64,000 bases of DNA. Origin: Schmidtea nova (lineage: Eukaryota). Made by a program: the position numbers and the translations under genes. Shown piece after piece: positions 10,801-23,279 of the stretch. The stretch lies in assembly GCA_044892505.1 (NCBI GenBank), contig CM097882.1, forward strand, positions 384,090,001 through 384,154,000, read 5' to 3'. Positions within the stretch are counted from its first letter, which is position 1, and every line of letters starts with the position of its first letter. Under the pieces are notes generated by a model that was not told where the DNA came from, made no database searches, and worked only from the letters and a program-made list of their open reading frames with translations.

Positions 10801-13800
10801 AATAATAAGAATTTTTCATCATTAAAGTTTAAGAGTTTTAAAGTAAAAATTTCAATTAATTCATTTAAATTAAATAATATTATTTTTGGATATAAAAGTA
10901 CGATTCAAGAAAACCGATTAATAAACGAAAATGTCATATTACGTAGTGTTACAAATTGTCAGTAGTATAATTAAATATTTTTTCTCTCAACAAATGTTCA
11001 AAGTTTTCTGGTACTTAAATTTCGGATGAGCTTTTATTAATATTAATTTTCACACTAGAGAATATTTAATAAGTACCAATACTACATACAAATGAATTAT
11101 TTCCTTAATATCCAATAACAAATCCAATTTAGGAAATCATTTTTTAAATCTAAATTTTCTGTTTAAATATTTCAAATTTTGTGAATAATAATTAATTTAT
11201 AAAGTTGGTGATACTAAATGATTATTAATAACTAGCATGTTTATATGTGGTCGCGCCCGCTCTTAAAATATTTTTAACAATTAATTAAGTAATAATTATT
11301 TGGGTGCTTGATCGCTGTGAGAGATTGTGGAGCGAGCCTGGAAGCCGTAAAAACGGACTTATTGAAATATATATAAATCTTATATGTTCGATAACGTCAA
11401 TGTACGCAAATATTTTGTTGCTCGCAAAAACCGGTATTGTAGAGGAATGACTAAACATTCAAATGAATTCTGTCCTGAGCATTCAATTGATCATCAATCA
11501 ATATCAATCCAAACTCGATGAGATCTGTCGATTTGAATGCTGTAACAAGTTTCAGTTACCAGGTAACAAAGCGCAACCAGCAGTCAAATAGTTAAAGGAA
11601 ATTTAGGGGATGAGACGGTCTGTGTGCGCAGTGGTGGTGTTTCATGGGTGTGCGCACACAGAGACGAGTTACTGAAGTCGCTTAAAGGAATTGGATTTTT
11701 GACTTTTAAAAGTTTATTAAAAAACATTAATTTTGGACATTAATTGATTGATTTTTTAATTGTGTGATTTCGGGGACTTTAAATTGGATTTTGTTTTTTG
11801 GTATGAATGGTTTTATATTGAGCGAACTTTAAATTGGAAAAACTTTTAATTTATTTTCTTATGGATTCTTGTTTTACTTATTCAATTAATGGATTTTGTT
11901 TGAAAATGTTTTGAAAGTTTTTTAAAAGGAATTAATTTTAATTATCTATTTTTATGTTTTTTGTTTAAAAGGGATTTGTTTTAAATTAGTTTAAGGAATG
12001 ATGGTATCGTGGAGACATTTGAATTGAATGATTTTGTAATGGACTCTTTTGGGATTTAGTGAAAGTTTCGGTCAAATTAATGGTTGATTATAATTATGTT
12101 ATGAATGTTAATGAGGAAATTCGAAATGATGAATTGAATGAATTCATAGTCGAAGTGGATATTACGTCTTCGTTTGGAGTTCAAGAGAAGATATTGAATG
12201 GTGGAGAGAGAATGGTTGCATCAATTCAATGGCCAACTCTGATTGAAATAACGGATTCATTGAATCAAAATGTGTTGAAAGATAAAAACATATTAATGTA
12301 TAAAGCGAACAAGAGTGATATTATATATGGCTTACGTAGAATAAATGTTCCCAATGAATATGTGCACCAAGTTGTATTGAATAATAATAGTTGTGAAATA
12401 TATGTTTCATCGCGATTATCGCTCAGCTGTTATCTGAAACAAGATCTCAATAATGTTTTCCCGATAATTCGATGCTTATTTGTTGGTGGAATTTCAAATT
12501 CGAGCATAAAATTGCTTGAGCCGCCAAATCTTTTGGTTGGATTACCGACACAAATATTGACTTACCGTGCATCACACGGATTGAATGAAATTATCAATGC
12601 TGCTTATTTTGTTATGGAAACGAATAAAAATTATATGGATGTTCAATCGATGATTTTCCAGTATGATTAAAACTTCTATTTATCTTTTTGTTACTTTAGG
12701 GTTTCACTTAACACGATACAAGTCAATCATGTTATAAGATTATTGATTCATTTATCTTAAATAAAAGAATAATTAAGTTACTTGTGTGATAAAGGTTTAT
12801 TTATTTAATAAACCTGTTTATTTTATATGCCTGTTTGGTGAAAATGATATAATTAGAATTTCATTTGTTTATTGTCAAAAAATTGCTGGAGATTCTGTTA
12901 TAACGCTATGTTTATCGTACTCCAAGAAACTTTTTAAACTTACTTTAGCTTCATGATGAAATATTATAACAATCAGGTAAATCCTTGACTATCAATGATT
13001 TTATTAAATGGTTTGAAAATAAATCATATTTAGATAATGCACAATCACCTAAAGAAATTTTAAAAACCACTAACTTAATTAATTGATTCTTTTGCATTGA
13101 CCTGAACTGTCAACTTCCTGCCTCTAAAATTTGCGAAATATACTCTCACTACAATATACAGGACATTGGAAAATGAATAAAATATATTCGTACGTTTGAA
13201 ATAAAAAAATTATTTGTAACTGAATGTCAAGAGTTTTCTTTCATAATTTTTATTACAAAAAAAATTAAAAGAACTATAAATTGCAGAAATTAAACAATTT
13301 ACTTAATTTTAAAGTTAATTAGACAAAAATTTTAAAAATATTTCAAAAAAATGAATTTCATTCCAATTAGTAAATTTAGATATTAAGGGCGTTTAATTGA
13401 AAATAAAATGGATTAGGTAAATATAATGACAACATTTGTGGTATTAAATGATTAATTCAATCTGTTTGCATAATTGAAATTAATACTAACAGCAATTTCA
13501 ATATTTTTTTTTGTGTGAATCCTAATTTTTATAAGAAAAGCTGTAAAATTACGTTTTATTTTATTTTAAAATGTAAAATCTTTTATTCACTTCTAGCCAC
13601 TGATCGATTCTTTTTAATTTCTTTTTTTTCAAACCAACAAAAATGTTAAATTATGAACTGGAGTCAGAAATGAAGAAAATAAAAATATATTTCATTTATA
13701 TTTCCAAAAATTGGAATCATTGTATATTGCTTGTCTCCATAAAAATAAAATATGATTAAATAATTCGATAAAATAATTATATAAATTTAACCCTTGAAAA

Positions 13801-16800
13801 AAAAATGAGTCAATTATACATTAAAAAGAAGATAAACGATTTAAATGCTTTTTTCTTGCAGAATTAAATTTTTAAAAATTTATGGAAAATGGAATAAATC
13901 CGAATTTTTATTTGAGAACCGTACAAGGTGATTCGGATTTATTCCCATCTCGCACCAAAAGGGTAAATTGTTTTTATTCACAAAATTGCTACAAATAAAT
14001 TCGTTAATTTATTTCATCTTTCTAATGTTGAATATCAGAAATTTCTATAATGAATATCAAGAAATAACAAATGAAAGAAAGCTAAAATTTTGAAAGTAAT
14101 AAAATATTAATTCATAAGAAAAAAATGAAATATTGTATAAAAATTGTATAGGTTAAAATTTGATTTTAAATATGCATAAAGGCTATTATGTGGGCAGTAT
14201 TGAAGTATTGATTTGCAAATTGCGTGCAATAAAATCAATAACTTTCTAGACCAATGGCAAAACACTTTCCACAATTTCTTTCCTCATACTACCTCAGCTG
14301 TACATACTTCGAAAACTGAATTGCCGAATTTATTCCTCCTTTAAATTGTCTCCTTTTCAAAAAGCAGAAACTCATGCTCTCAGTTTTTGGATTTTTCATT
14401 CAATTTATTCATTTGATTTATTTGAATTAATTATTCGCATATAATTTAATGTTCGAATTGAAACATTTATCTTTTAAGTGTGAAAATTTTCTTGCGCATG
14501 CTACATGATTGTAGTTCAAAGTTCAAAAATACGTGGGAAGAAAAGCGCGTGTGAAAAAAAAAACATGCGAGGAAACGTGCGTGAGTAGCTTTCTTGTAGC
14601 CACAAAAGTACAACTGAAATATAAGCAAATATTAATTTAGAATTGTTTATTTTAATATTATTTATATTTATAATTAATACATTTCTAAATTTCATAAACA
14701 TCAGAATTTGATAAATTATCCTTTAAACTTTATTTTTTATAAACTTCTAATGGGTTCTAGCTGGTAAAACTGTTTATGAAAAATAAGATATTTTACCATA
14801 AAAATTGAGTCAGTGGTTTAAAGTTCATTAATTGTAAAAAGCATTACGAAAATTAAGCCCCGAAATTATTATATGAAAATATATTACACCCTGTCTAATT
14901 TTCAACATCTTTGTGAAAAATTGTTATTATACAAACGTAGATTTAATTTTTTGAAAAATTTTGATCGTTGGAAAACTTTAAAAAATTCAATTTTTCCAAA
15001 AACGATGTAATTTATTCTCATTTTAGGTGAAATTAACAAAAAAAAATTCCAATTAACTTATTCTTTAAATTTATTTTATTGAAAAAAAAATAATATTCCG
15101 AAATAGAATTAAATAAAAATAATCTTCTAATAATAAAAGTGCAGATTACTCTTTCTGAAATAAGATGATTGAATAATTGTGAAATGAGAAAAAAATCACT
15201 TCATTATGACCTAAATAGAAATATAATTTTAAATATAAAAATTTATAATATTTCAATGTGTTTCCTAGAGCAGAAATATCAATAAATCGATAAATATTAA
15301 TAAAATAAAAACTCAATTTTTTACATTTTTTCACTTTTCTTTTAATGTTATGAAATAAACATCAGGGTACTTGATGACTCATTTTGTTTTATTGAATATG
15401 TGATTGAAATGAATATATTCCGTTACTCGAGACAAAGAAATTCCCGAGAAGTAATGTTCAAATTCATTATTATAACTTCAAAAAGTCAAACGATCTGGTA
15501 GGAAAAGGGGCTATAGTTTGTTTGAAATATAAAATGATTTATATATCACTCTTAATTTGTATTTTAAGAAATATTTCCTGAATAATATGACATAAATGTA
15601 ATTCTGTTTTGAGTTTCATTAAATAATAAAAAAATTTTAAAACATTGAAAATTAAATGTTAAATCTGGCATGCTCACCTAGTATCGATCTGGGTTCCGGT
15701 TATGAATTTTGGGATGTTGTCGAGGGTCGCAAAAAACTTAAAGATACATTTTACACATAATATATATATTTAAACAAGATAAAGTTTAATCATATGTAAT
15801 CTAAAAATAAAAAAACCAATTGCTTTCCTACTATATTGTTTAAATTTAGCAAGCTGATAGAAACCATGTCATTTTGATATTCTGACTAATCACAGTTTAA
15901 CTATTATATGTATTGATTAACAAAGATCAATGTACCTCGGGGTGACCAGAGGCTAGTTAAATCAGTTGGGGAGCCACAAGTGGTATATACCTTTACTTGT
16001 GTTAAATTATTCAAATTCCAAGTTAAATATTTATTTCATAATATTTTAGTTAAATGTTTATTTAAGAAAAAGCATTAAATTAAAAAAAACAAAAATAACA
16101 AAATAGTTTTTATTTGAAAATTGAATTTTTTATAAGTCTTTATAGTAAATTTTTCCTATCGTATAATTTTTCACTTTTTTAAATTCTACCAAAACTCGAA
16201 AATTAATCAGGATATATTGTAAGTCAGTTATTCTCAATCCATGTGTCTTCAGAAATTCTTTTTTTTGTAAAAACACAAAATCTATTTATTGTCATATATT
16301 GAGGTGGATTGGGCGAGAGGTCGAGTAGAGACAGGAAGACATGGGATGATTAAATGAAGGAAGATCTCAAAGTGATAAGTCTCAAGAAAAAGGAAATATT
16401 GCATAAAAATCAAAATTTGTAATTCTGTTTAATATTTTTTTTTCTTAAGTAATTAAAATACCATGAAAACCAAATGTTAAATAATTACGTTGCACCAACA
16501 GTTTTCAGCCTTAGAAAATCGGATGTGAATTGATAACGTACAAATCTCGCTGCATTTGGATCGACTTTTTTCGAGGTTTCCATTTCCCCTTTCCATTCTG
16601 AATAAAAACAATAAAATTATATAAAACAACTAAAATTTTAATTCAAAGTTCAACCTGCTATAGTTGGTTTTGCTACTTCAAATAATTTTAGATCATTTTC
16701 TGCATTTCTTAAAGTAAACCTAGTAAATTCAATGCCGTAAATGTTCGAGTCATTAGAACATAGATAATCTGTTATTACTCAATGATATATTTAAACATAT

Positions 16801-16969
16801 TATTTATGATTAAACTTTTAGTGGGCAGTTTCAACTGTAAAACATCATTTGGACTGATAACTTTTTTATTCATTAAGTTTGTTTCTATATCTGTATTTAT
16901 ATCTATTTCTTTTTTAGATTGATAAAGAGAATTTTGCTGCTTAACATACGAATTATTTATATTTGACAT
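7871..16969 (-). CDS. UNC119: UNC119 lipidated-cargo binding protein, 218 aa. Exons 16969-16816, 16768-16655, 16597-16489, 8199-8027, 7977-7871
   Basis: The spliced product contains [76 protein letters not shown] and [28 protein letters not shown]. All four introns are GT-AG and phase-compatible (47, 57, 8289 and 49 nt); the CDS totals 657 nt. Confidence 0.95.
9571..10260 (+). repeat. Diverged ~300-bp tandem duplication running into the assembly gap
   Basis: 9571-9755 is repeated at 9870-10054; 9803-9860 is repeated just after the gap at ~10217. Confidence 0.8.
10056..10216. other. Assembly gap (161 N)
   Basis: Run of N. Confidence 1.
10325..10620 (+). pseudogene. Mariner transposase N-terminal HTH relic
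   Basis: Reads [42 protein letters not shown], matching the mariner VYG..APS..TV..W...F..GR.S..D..RSGRP pattern. Confidence 0.65.
12080..12670 (+). CDS. Intronless ~196-aa ORF of unknown function nested antisense in UNC119 intron 3
   Basis: Long open frame in very AT-rich DNA. Upstream are a TATA (11368), a donor-like AG|GTAACA (11563) and an acceptor-like TTTAG (~12059); AATAAA follows at ~12760 and ~12808. No family recognised. Confidence 0.45.
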   Translation: MVDYNYVMNVNEEIRNDELNEFIVEVDITSSFGVQEKILNGGERMVASIQWPTLIEITDSLNQNVLKDKNILMYKANKSDIIYGLRRINVPNEYVHQVVLNNNSCEIYVSSRLSLSCYLKQDLNNVFPIIRCLFVGGISNSSIKLLEPPNLLVGLPTQILTYRASHGLNEIINAAYFVMETNKNYMDVQSMIFQYD

Positions 16970-17639
16970 TTGTAGTTACATAGAAGAATGAATTTAAACA
17001 AACCTAATCAATGATTGCAAAGTGTACAATTTTTGGTAAATATAAAATTATTATTTAAAAATTTTTGCTTGATAAGAAATTTCAACAATTAAGTTATTAT
17101 TATATTTGTTTTGTTAGACAATCTTTTTTATTGTAAAATTATTTTTATGCGTTAAATTTTTTTTATTTAGATTCGTGTTTTGAAAAAAATAATGAAAGTA
17201 CATTTGTTTAAATTAATATAATGTAATAAGTAACTACCTGAAACCTGTAAAAATCATGGAAACAAATAATATAAATTCAATAACTTTACCTTGATTTACA
17301 TGTTTTACATTTCTGTTGGTGTGGGCTGTTACGAAATTAACATTGGTCTCAATGGGTTACCACAACACACCCATAATACCCCGGTCTATCGAAAGTCTCC
17401 AGTCAGGCAGTTATTTACATATTGCAGTTTATAATGAACATCTGCAGTGCAAATATGAACAGCAATGGGAACAAAGGTCACCAACACCTTCAACATGCGC
17501 ACATGTGCACACACACTCACAGAGAATATGACTACTCACACAACAGTGATAACAGAGAGTCATGTTAATGAAGGATTGTCATTTTCTTAGAATATGGATT
17601 CTTGGAGAAAGCTTACAGACTTTCATAAAGGCATTTTTA

Positions 17640-17975
17640 TGAGTAAGTACCGCCAGAAGCAGACACATGTCAACAAGCAACTTTCAGGATGTCCTAAACT
17701 TATGAGCATCTGTACACAACATCAGCTGAAACGACTTGTGGTGGCTCATCGTCGGTTCCCCTGTCCAAGTTAGTGTCCACATTTAACACTAATCCAATGC
17801 ATGCCTGCATGTCCACCATTCGTAGCGCATTACATTTTCATGGTTTCTATGGTAGATACTGCGCAAGTAAGCTTTTGATTATAGAAACAATTCGTCGTCG
17901 TCGCTTTAATTGGTGCCGGGAGAGAAGGAGTTGAACAGCAGAACAATGGCGCTCAGTCATTTGGAGTGATAAATA
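17640..17975 (+). pseudogene. Tc1-family transposase relic
   Basis: Reads RSALHFHGFYGRYCASKLLIIETIRRRRFNWCRERRS*TAEQWRSVIWSD, matching the Tc1 HTH-to-DDE junction W..EQW..V.WSDE. Confidence 0.8.
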
Positions 17976-18204
17976 TAGTAAAATATAGTAATCACAAAAC
18001 AACTAAATAATTAAATAAAACACGGTTAAAAATCTAAATGAACAAAAGAGCATCTAATATACACGTGAAAAACACATATATAACGTATAAACATCAATTA
18101 TGGAATAAATTCCAAATTAGGAAATATTAACATATTTTGGAAGGAAAACTTAAATTTTTATCTTAAAAACTCATAAAATATGAAATAAAATTGTTTTAGA
18201 TAAA

Positions 18205-18450
18205 AATCTAGTAGTGGGTTGTTGACTGTCATTATGGCCTTGACGTTGTTATGGCTCACACCAACAACTCAGCGCATAAAACATTAGATTAAACATCTTG
18301 TTGCCCATCACAATGTAACGTTGATATTCGCAATCAGTGAGCGTCGAAAATTTGAAACTATGATTGACCGAATATCTCATGGGTCCAAGGGCTACCGATA
18401 GAAGGTTTCGCGCCCATGTTCGTCCTTTACTCAATAATTTACGATGTCTC
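18205..18450 (+). repeat. Repeat X, copy 1 (other copies at 21665-21925 + and 31490-31735 -)
   Basis: Shared core such as CAGTGAGCGTCGAAAAT...TGATTGACCGAATATCTC...GGCTACCGATAGAAGGT in three places. Confidence 0.85.
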
Positions 18451-18635
18451 TGGTTCAACCTTGTGCGGATGAAATCAGTTTTTAGTGTTCTATTTTCAGC
18501 ATCGTTATGGAAATTATATAATCATAATCTCATCATACACTTTAGAGTAAAGAAAACAATTCATAAGTAAGGAAAATTTTAATTTAATATACGCAACAAA
18601 AATTACAACTAAAAAATAACCAACAAATCACAGAG

Positions 18636-19189
18636 TCATAAGATTGTCATATCAATGGTTTTAATTGTCGTTTTGCGCAGCTGCCCCAATAATCGCGCTT
18701 CTTGTCGGCGCTTTCGCCGAGCCTTAACTCCATTGCTGGGCTTCCAGCGCTTGGGTTTTTCAGGCTTAGGTGGTGTCATTATTTCTTCTTCGACCCTCAT
18801 TGGAACGATTCCTGGGTTAGTATGGTCACCTTCGATAAGACGGCCGAAATGATGCCGCTTTCCATCTGAAGTTTGGCGATTGTGGCTTCGTGTTCTCGGA
18901 TAGTCATCCTGCAGGCACGTAATCACATGGAGTCTTCAGCTGCTTGTTGCAGCATCATCTGATTTTGGCGTTTGATCTTATCAACGACTTCTTTGCTTGA
19001 CCACGTTACTTCCATCTCGCGGCAATGGGCTCAAAATTTCTCCATACGCGTTGTCATTGTCTGCAATGCCTCCGCGCTTACTGATTTTTCGGCCTCAAGG
19101 TTGGCTAAACAAATATCCACACGCCGATTGCGTATCTTGATTTCATCGGGTCTGCGCAACAGCTCGTCCGATTTCTGTTTCTGATTCAT
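18636..19189 (-). pseudogene. Acceptor-led coiled-coil ORF ending in an Arg-rich motif (one stop, one frameshift)
   Basis: TTTTAG|AAAAATG at 19189; reads MNQKQKSDELLRR...KIKRQNQMMLQQAAE, then KPSNGVKARRKRRQEARLL. Confidence 0.55.
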
Positions 19190-20274
19190 TTTTCTAAAAT
19201 ATTAATATATTGCATTCAAAACACATATATTCCAGCATCAAAACAATCTATGATAATCAAACAAAACTTCATTTTCATATGGACAATCATAGCACTAACT
19301 TGGAATCCTAATCATCATGCTATCACCACTCAATTCGGCATACATATTGCGTTTATATTCGGGAGATAATTATATTTTTACCCTAATATTTCTAATTAAT
19401 ATTTTCATGCTTTTGGAAGTTTTTATGGTTTGGATATATAAATCTAATAAAACCTTAATTAAGTCCTATTTACTAATGTCTAACTTGCTTCCTAATTTTA
19501 ATAAACTTTTTTGTTATTAAAAAAATATTTTGCAATTATATTTTAAAATTTTGCCGAGTCAGTAGTCATTGACAACGGATTTGGATTTATAAATTTTTGA
19601 ATTATTATTTTCCCTTTTTAAAGTTATGTTACGGGTTTAAATCCTGGTTAACCCCTTTTATTTGTTCGAAGCAGATTTCATTTAATCGTTAGGCATCTAT
19701 ATTCCCATTTTTAGGCGCGATTCAAAAATGAAGAAACCTGATTGGTTGATATTTTATAATATGTAATGTTCTATCTAAATGTGTTATCGATTTACTGATG
19801 TAATTTTAGGAAAAACAAATTCTCTTTTTTATCGTTCATCCTTTGGATTTCAATCCAACTAATTTTGGTAATTTTTATTCTTTATATTTTAGGTAAATAA
19901 ACTGTTTTTAGAAATCGGTAACCAGACTGGATGTTGAACCAAACTTTCCTCGTTATCAGGATAAAATTGCATGTTTTCTAATTTATGTGCCAGTCTTTGG
20001 GAATGAAATTGCTTCTATTGGAAAATTTTCAATCATCTTATTACTTTTTGGAGCCTCATTACATAAGCTATGCGCTGGGAAGATGTCCCCTGAATGGAAA
20101 AAGAAAATTTGCACAATTGAATTTTTTGAACAAAAGAAAATGATGATGCAGCGATAATTTTTTTATAAAAATAAAATTTTCTACTTTTGTTTTTGTCCTT
20201 CTCCTAAAGGGTTGCATTTATGTCAATATGGCGAGTCAAGTTATGGATTTTTATGGGGAATATTTTGATCACTT

Positions 20275-21244
20275 TGTTGGGCCAAAACTGCAAATTGTTT
20301 AAATGAAGCGGTAACACAACAAGTAGATTGAGTGAAAACACACCTAAATATTCAAGTGGACCAGAGTGCATTAACAAGTAGAGAGCGCGCAAGACTCTAA
20401 TCTAAAGTCCTTTAATCAAAACATCAAGGAAAAATCAAAATGGTTAAAAGAAGCACGTCTAAAAAGTTAGAATAGACAAAAAACACATAGAATATGCACG
20501 TAGAGAACGCATTTACGTTATAAAACCTCGGTTGTGGAAATGTAGCCTGTTTGCAGAAGGAAGATTACGATTTTATCTTAAAAATTCGTAAAAATATAAA
20601 AGAAAATGATTTTGATCGAAATTACAACAAATTAGATCAAATTAGAATAAACTTTAATTCAAAAGTAAAATTTTGAATTAAAAAGAAATTATTTAAAGTT
20701 TTATAAAAATTTGATGTAAAATTATTAATTTAGTTTTGCGGAAAATTGTTGAAATTAATTTCAAGAAAATTAAAATCTCCTTCCAGAACGATTTGTTTTA
20801 ATATCTCAATGGAATTAAAAATGCAGAAAATTTTATATAAATACCGCCATCAAAATGGAGAAATTTAATGCTATTTTGCAAAAGATTTGCGGAGGAATTT
20901 TGTTGCTAAAAATTTTGAGGTTTTTAGCAGGGAAGTTTTTACAAAGAATCTCTTACGACTAATATACCAGTATGACTCTACCAGAATATTACGAAAAAAG
21001 ATTATTTGTGATCGGAAATCGAATTATTCGTAAGAAATTTGATTTTGTTTCCTAATTATAAAGGCCCGCGAAATCATGCCCTCGCTACCCGGCCTAGGTA
21101 TTTTTCCTTATTTTAACCTTATTCTATATGTGTACTATATGATATTGTATGTATTCTTTTATGAAAATTATAATATTTTATATTCAAACTTTTATTAAAT
21201 TTCGTCACATTTTCTCAGTTACTAATATCATTTTATTGTTATTT

Positions 21245-21319
<75 letters not shown>

Positions 21320-21600
21320 TTTTTTATGTATTTCATTAAAACCACTTCCGTACCCTCTGTCATCTGTTCAGGCTTTGAGTCGTACGGGTGAAAGTAGTCT
21401 GAGCGGATCGCTGGTTCGATTCGTAATCGATCAGCCCATATTTCCGATTCAGGTGATACGCCCAAACATCCATGATCACTTCATCCCAACTGGGGAACAG
21501 TGGCTTGGCCAAGGGCAAGGTTTTCATATTAATGATCATCAATTTATATTAATATATTTTTATCTGAATTATATTTTACAACATACAATAAATTAAGATT
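20275..21600 (+). mobile_element. TGTTGGGC-terminated LTR-like repeat family Z, copy 1
   Basis: Start TGTTGGGCCAAAACTGC, TATA block TATATAAATACCGCCATCAAAAT (~20835), ATCATGCCCTC plus donor (~21097) and segment W (21330-21525). An inverted homolog lies at 23280-24580. Confidence 0.6.
21247..21312. repeat. (TA)n microsatellite
   Basis: Direct reading. Confidence 0.95.
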
Positions 21601-21664
21601 TTATATCTTGATGAAAATCAACGTCAATTCGTCCAGTGTTATCTTTATTTCCATAAAACTTATT

Positions 21665-21925
21665 AGTATTGGTGGGTTGCTGATCGTCAATATGACCTTG
21701 ACGTTACTATGGCTCTCATCAACAACTCAACACATAAAACATTTGATTTAACCATCTTGTTGCCCGTCACATTGTAACGTTGGTAATGCAACAAATGGGT
21801 GGGTATTCGCAATCAGTGAGCGTCGAAAATTCGAAACTATGATTGACCGAATATCTCCTGGGTCCAAAGGCTACCGATAGAAGGTTTAATGCCCATTTCG
21901 TCCCTTCTTCAACGATTTAACTGCA
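21665..21925 (+). repeat. Repeat X, copy 2
   Basis: Homologous to 18205-18450 and to the reverse complement of 31490-31735. Confidence 0.85.
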
Positions 21926-23279
21926 GATATATGTTTTAAATTAACAAAAATGAAATAATTTTATCAATAAAAATTTATTAATGGGTCGCAATCAATCATT
22001 ATGTACGGTATTATCTAAATTCTCGGAAATTTTCACACATTCACTTTATTCGTAAGCTCATACTCAAGCATATCATCGCAACTCAATTCGGGGATCAAAT
22101 ATTCCTTTAGAATATTCAATTACCATTAGACCTGAATTTTTATCATTCTCGCAATTTTTTCTAAATTATTAACGATATAGTATGTGTGTTGATGTTTGAA
22201 TGAATTTTGTATGGTATTATATATGGGTGTTTCTAATGAATGAAATGGATGTAAGGTTTTTCAAATATTGATGTATTATGATTTTTGCGATATCGGGGGG
22301 GGGTTATATTTTTTAAAATAATATATATATGTTTATACACAATTTTTTAGAATTAAGATAATTATAATAATTTAACAACTTCTTCATCAAATTTTTAATT
22401 TATAAATTTATAAAAGTTATTCAATGATAAAATTTCAAATTTTTATAATATAAATTTTTGAATTCAAATTTTTATATTTTAAGGATATACATATATATTA
22501 ATTGTAAATTTTTCTACGAAATTTCAAATTTCAAATTTTATAAAATGATAAAATTTTTAATATAATAATACATTTTTTTGACTTATAATTTTTCACGATT
22601 GAAATAAGAATTTCTAGGAAAAATTTTAATTTATAATTTTTACATTACAATTTTTTCATAACATAATATCTATAAAAATAAAATTTTATCTTTATAACCA
22701 AATCTAAAAATTTTATAAAATTTATATAATGATAAAATTTTTACCCACAAATTTCACAAATCTAAGTAATAAAAAAATTATATATTAAATTAGCTTTGAA
22801 AATAAAGTATAAATTTTTACAAAATTCTTCGGTTTAATGAAGTTCAAATAGATGGAATCAATTTTTATTCACAAGTTCGAAGCATTTCTGATAATCATTG
22901 AGCTGTTGTTTTTGAACAAATCTTTGTAATTTTAAAATTTTATAATTCAATGAGGTTTGATTTTTTATAAATCGACAATTATTCACTTCTTCGGTCGTGA
23001 TCCAAATAATTATATTGATCTTTGAGCATCTGTTTTTAACAATTTTCATAATTTCAACCTCCATTTGGCTTATAAGTTCTGAGGAGATAAAAAGGTTTTG
23101 CGAAAGCGAAGGCGAATAACGAGCTGTGTGTTTTATGCTAATAAGTTTGATGGAAGTAAAGACAATATTGGACGAATTAACGCTGATTTTCATCAACATA
23201 TAAAATTCTAATTTATTGTATGTTGTAAAATATAATTCAGATAAAAAATACACTACTATAAATTACAAATCATTAATAT

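Noticed and set aside
13900-14400. Exon-like GC-richer patches in UNC119 intron 3
   Set aside because: No consistent frame or recognisable protein on either strand.
21149-21465. ORFs with YIYIYI runs (also 63535-63753)
   Set aside because: Translation of (TA)n microsatellites.
22858-23253. 131-aa minus-strand ORF and the scattered ORFs at 29880-30805
   Set aside because: Possibly decayed accessory ORFs of family Z, but I could not establish homology, splice signals or boundaries.
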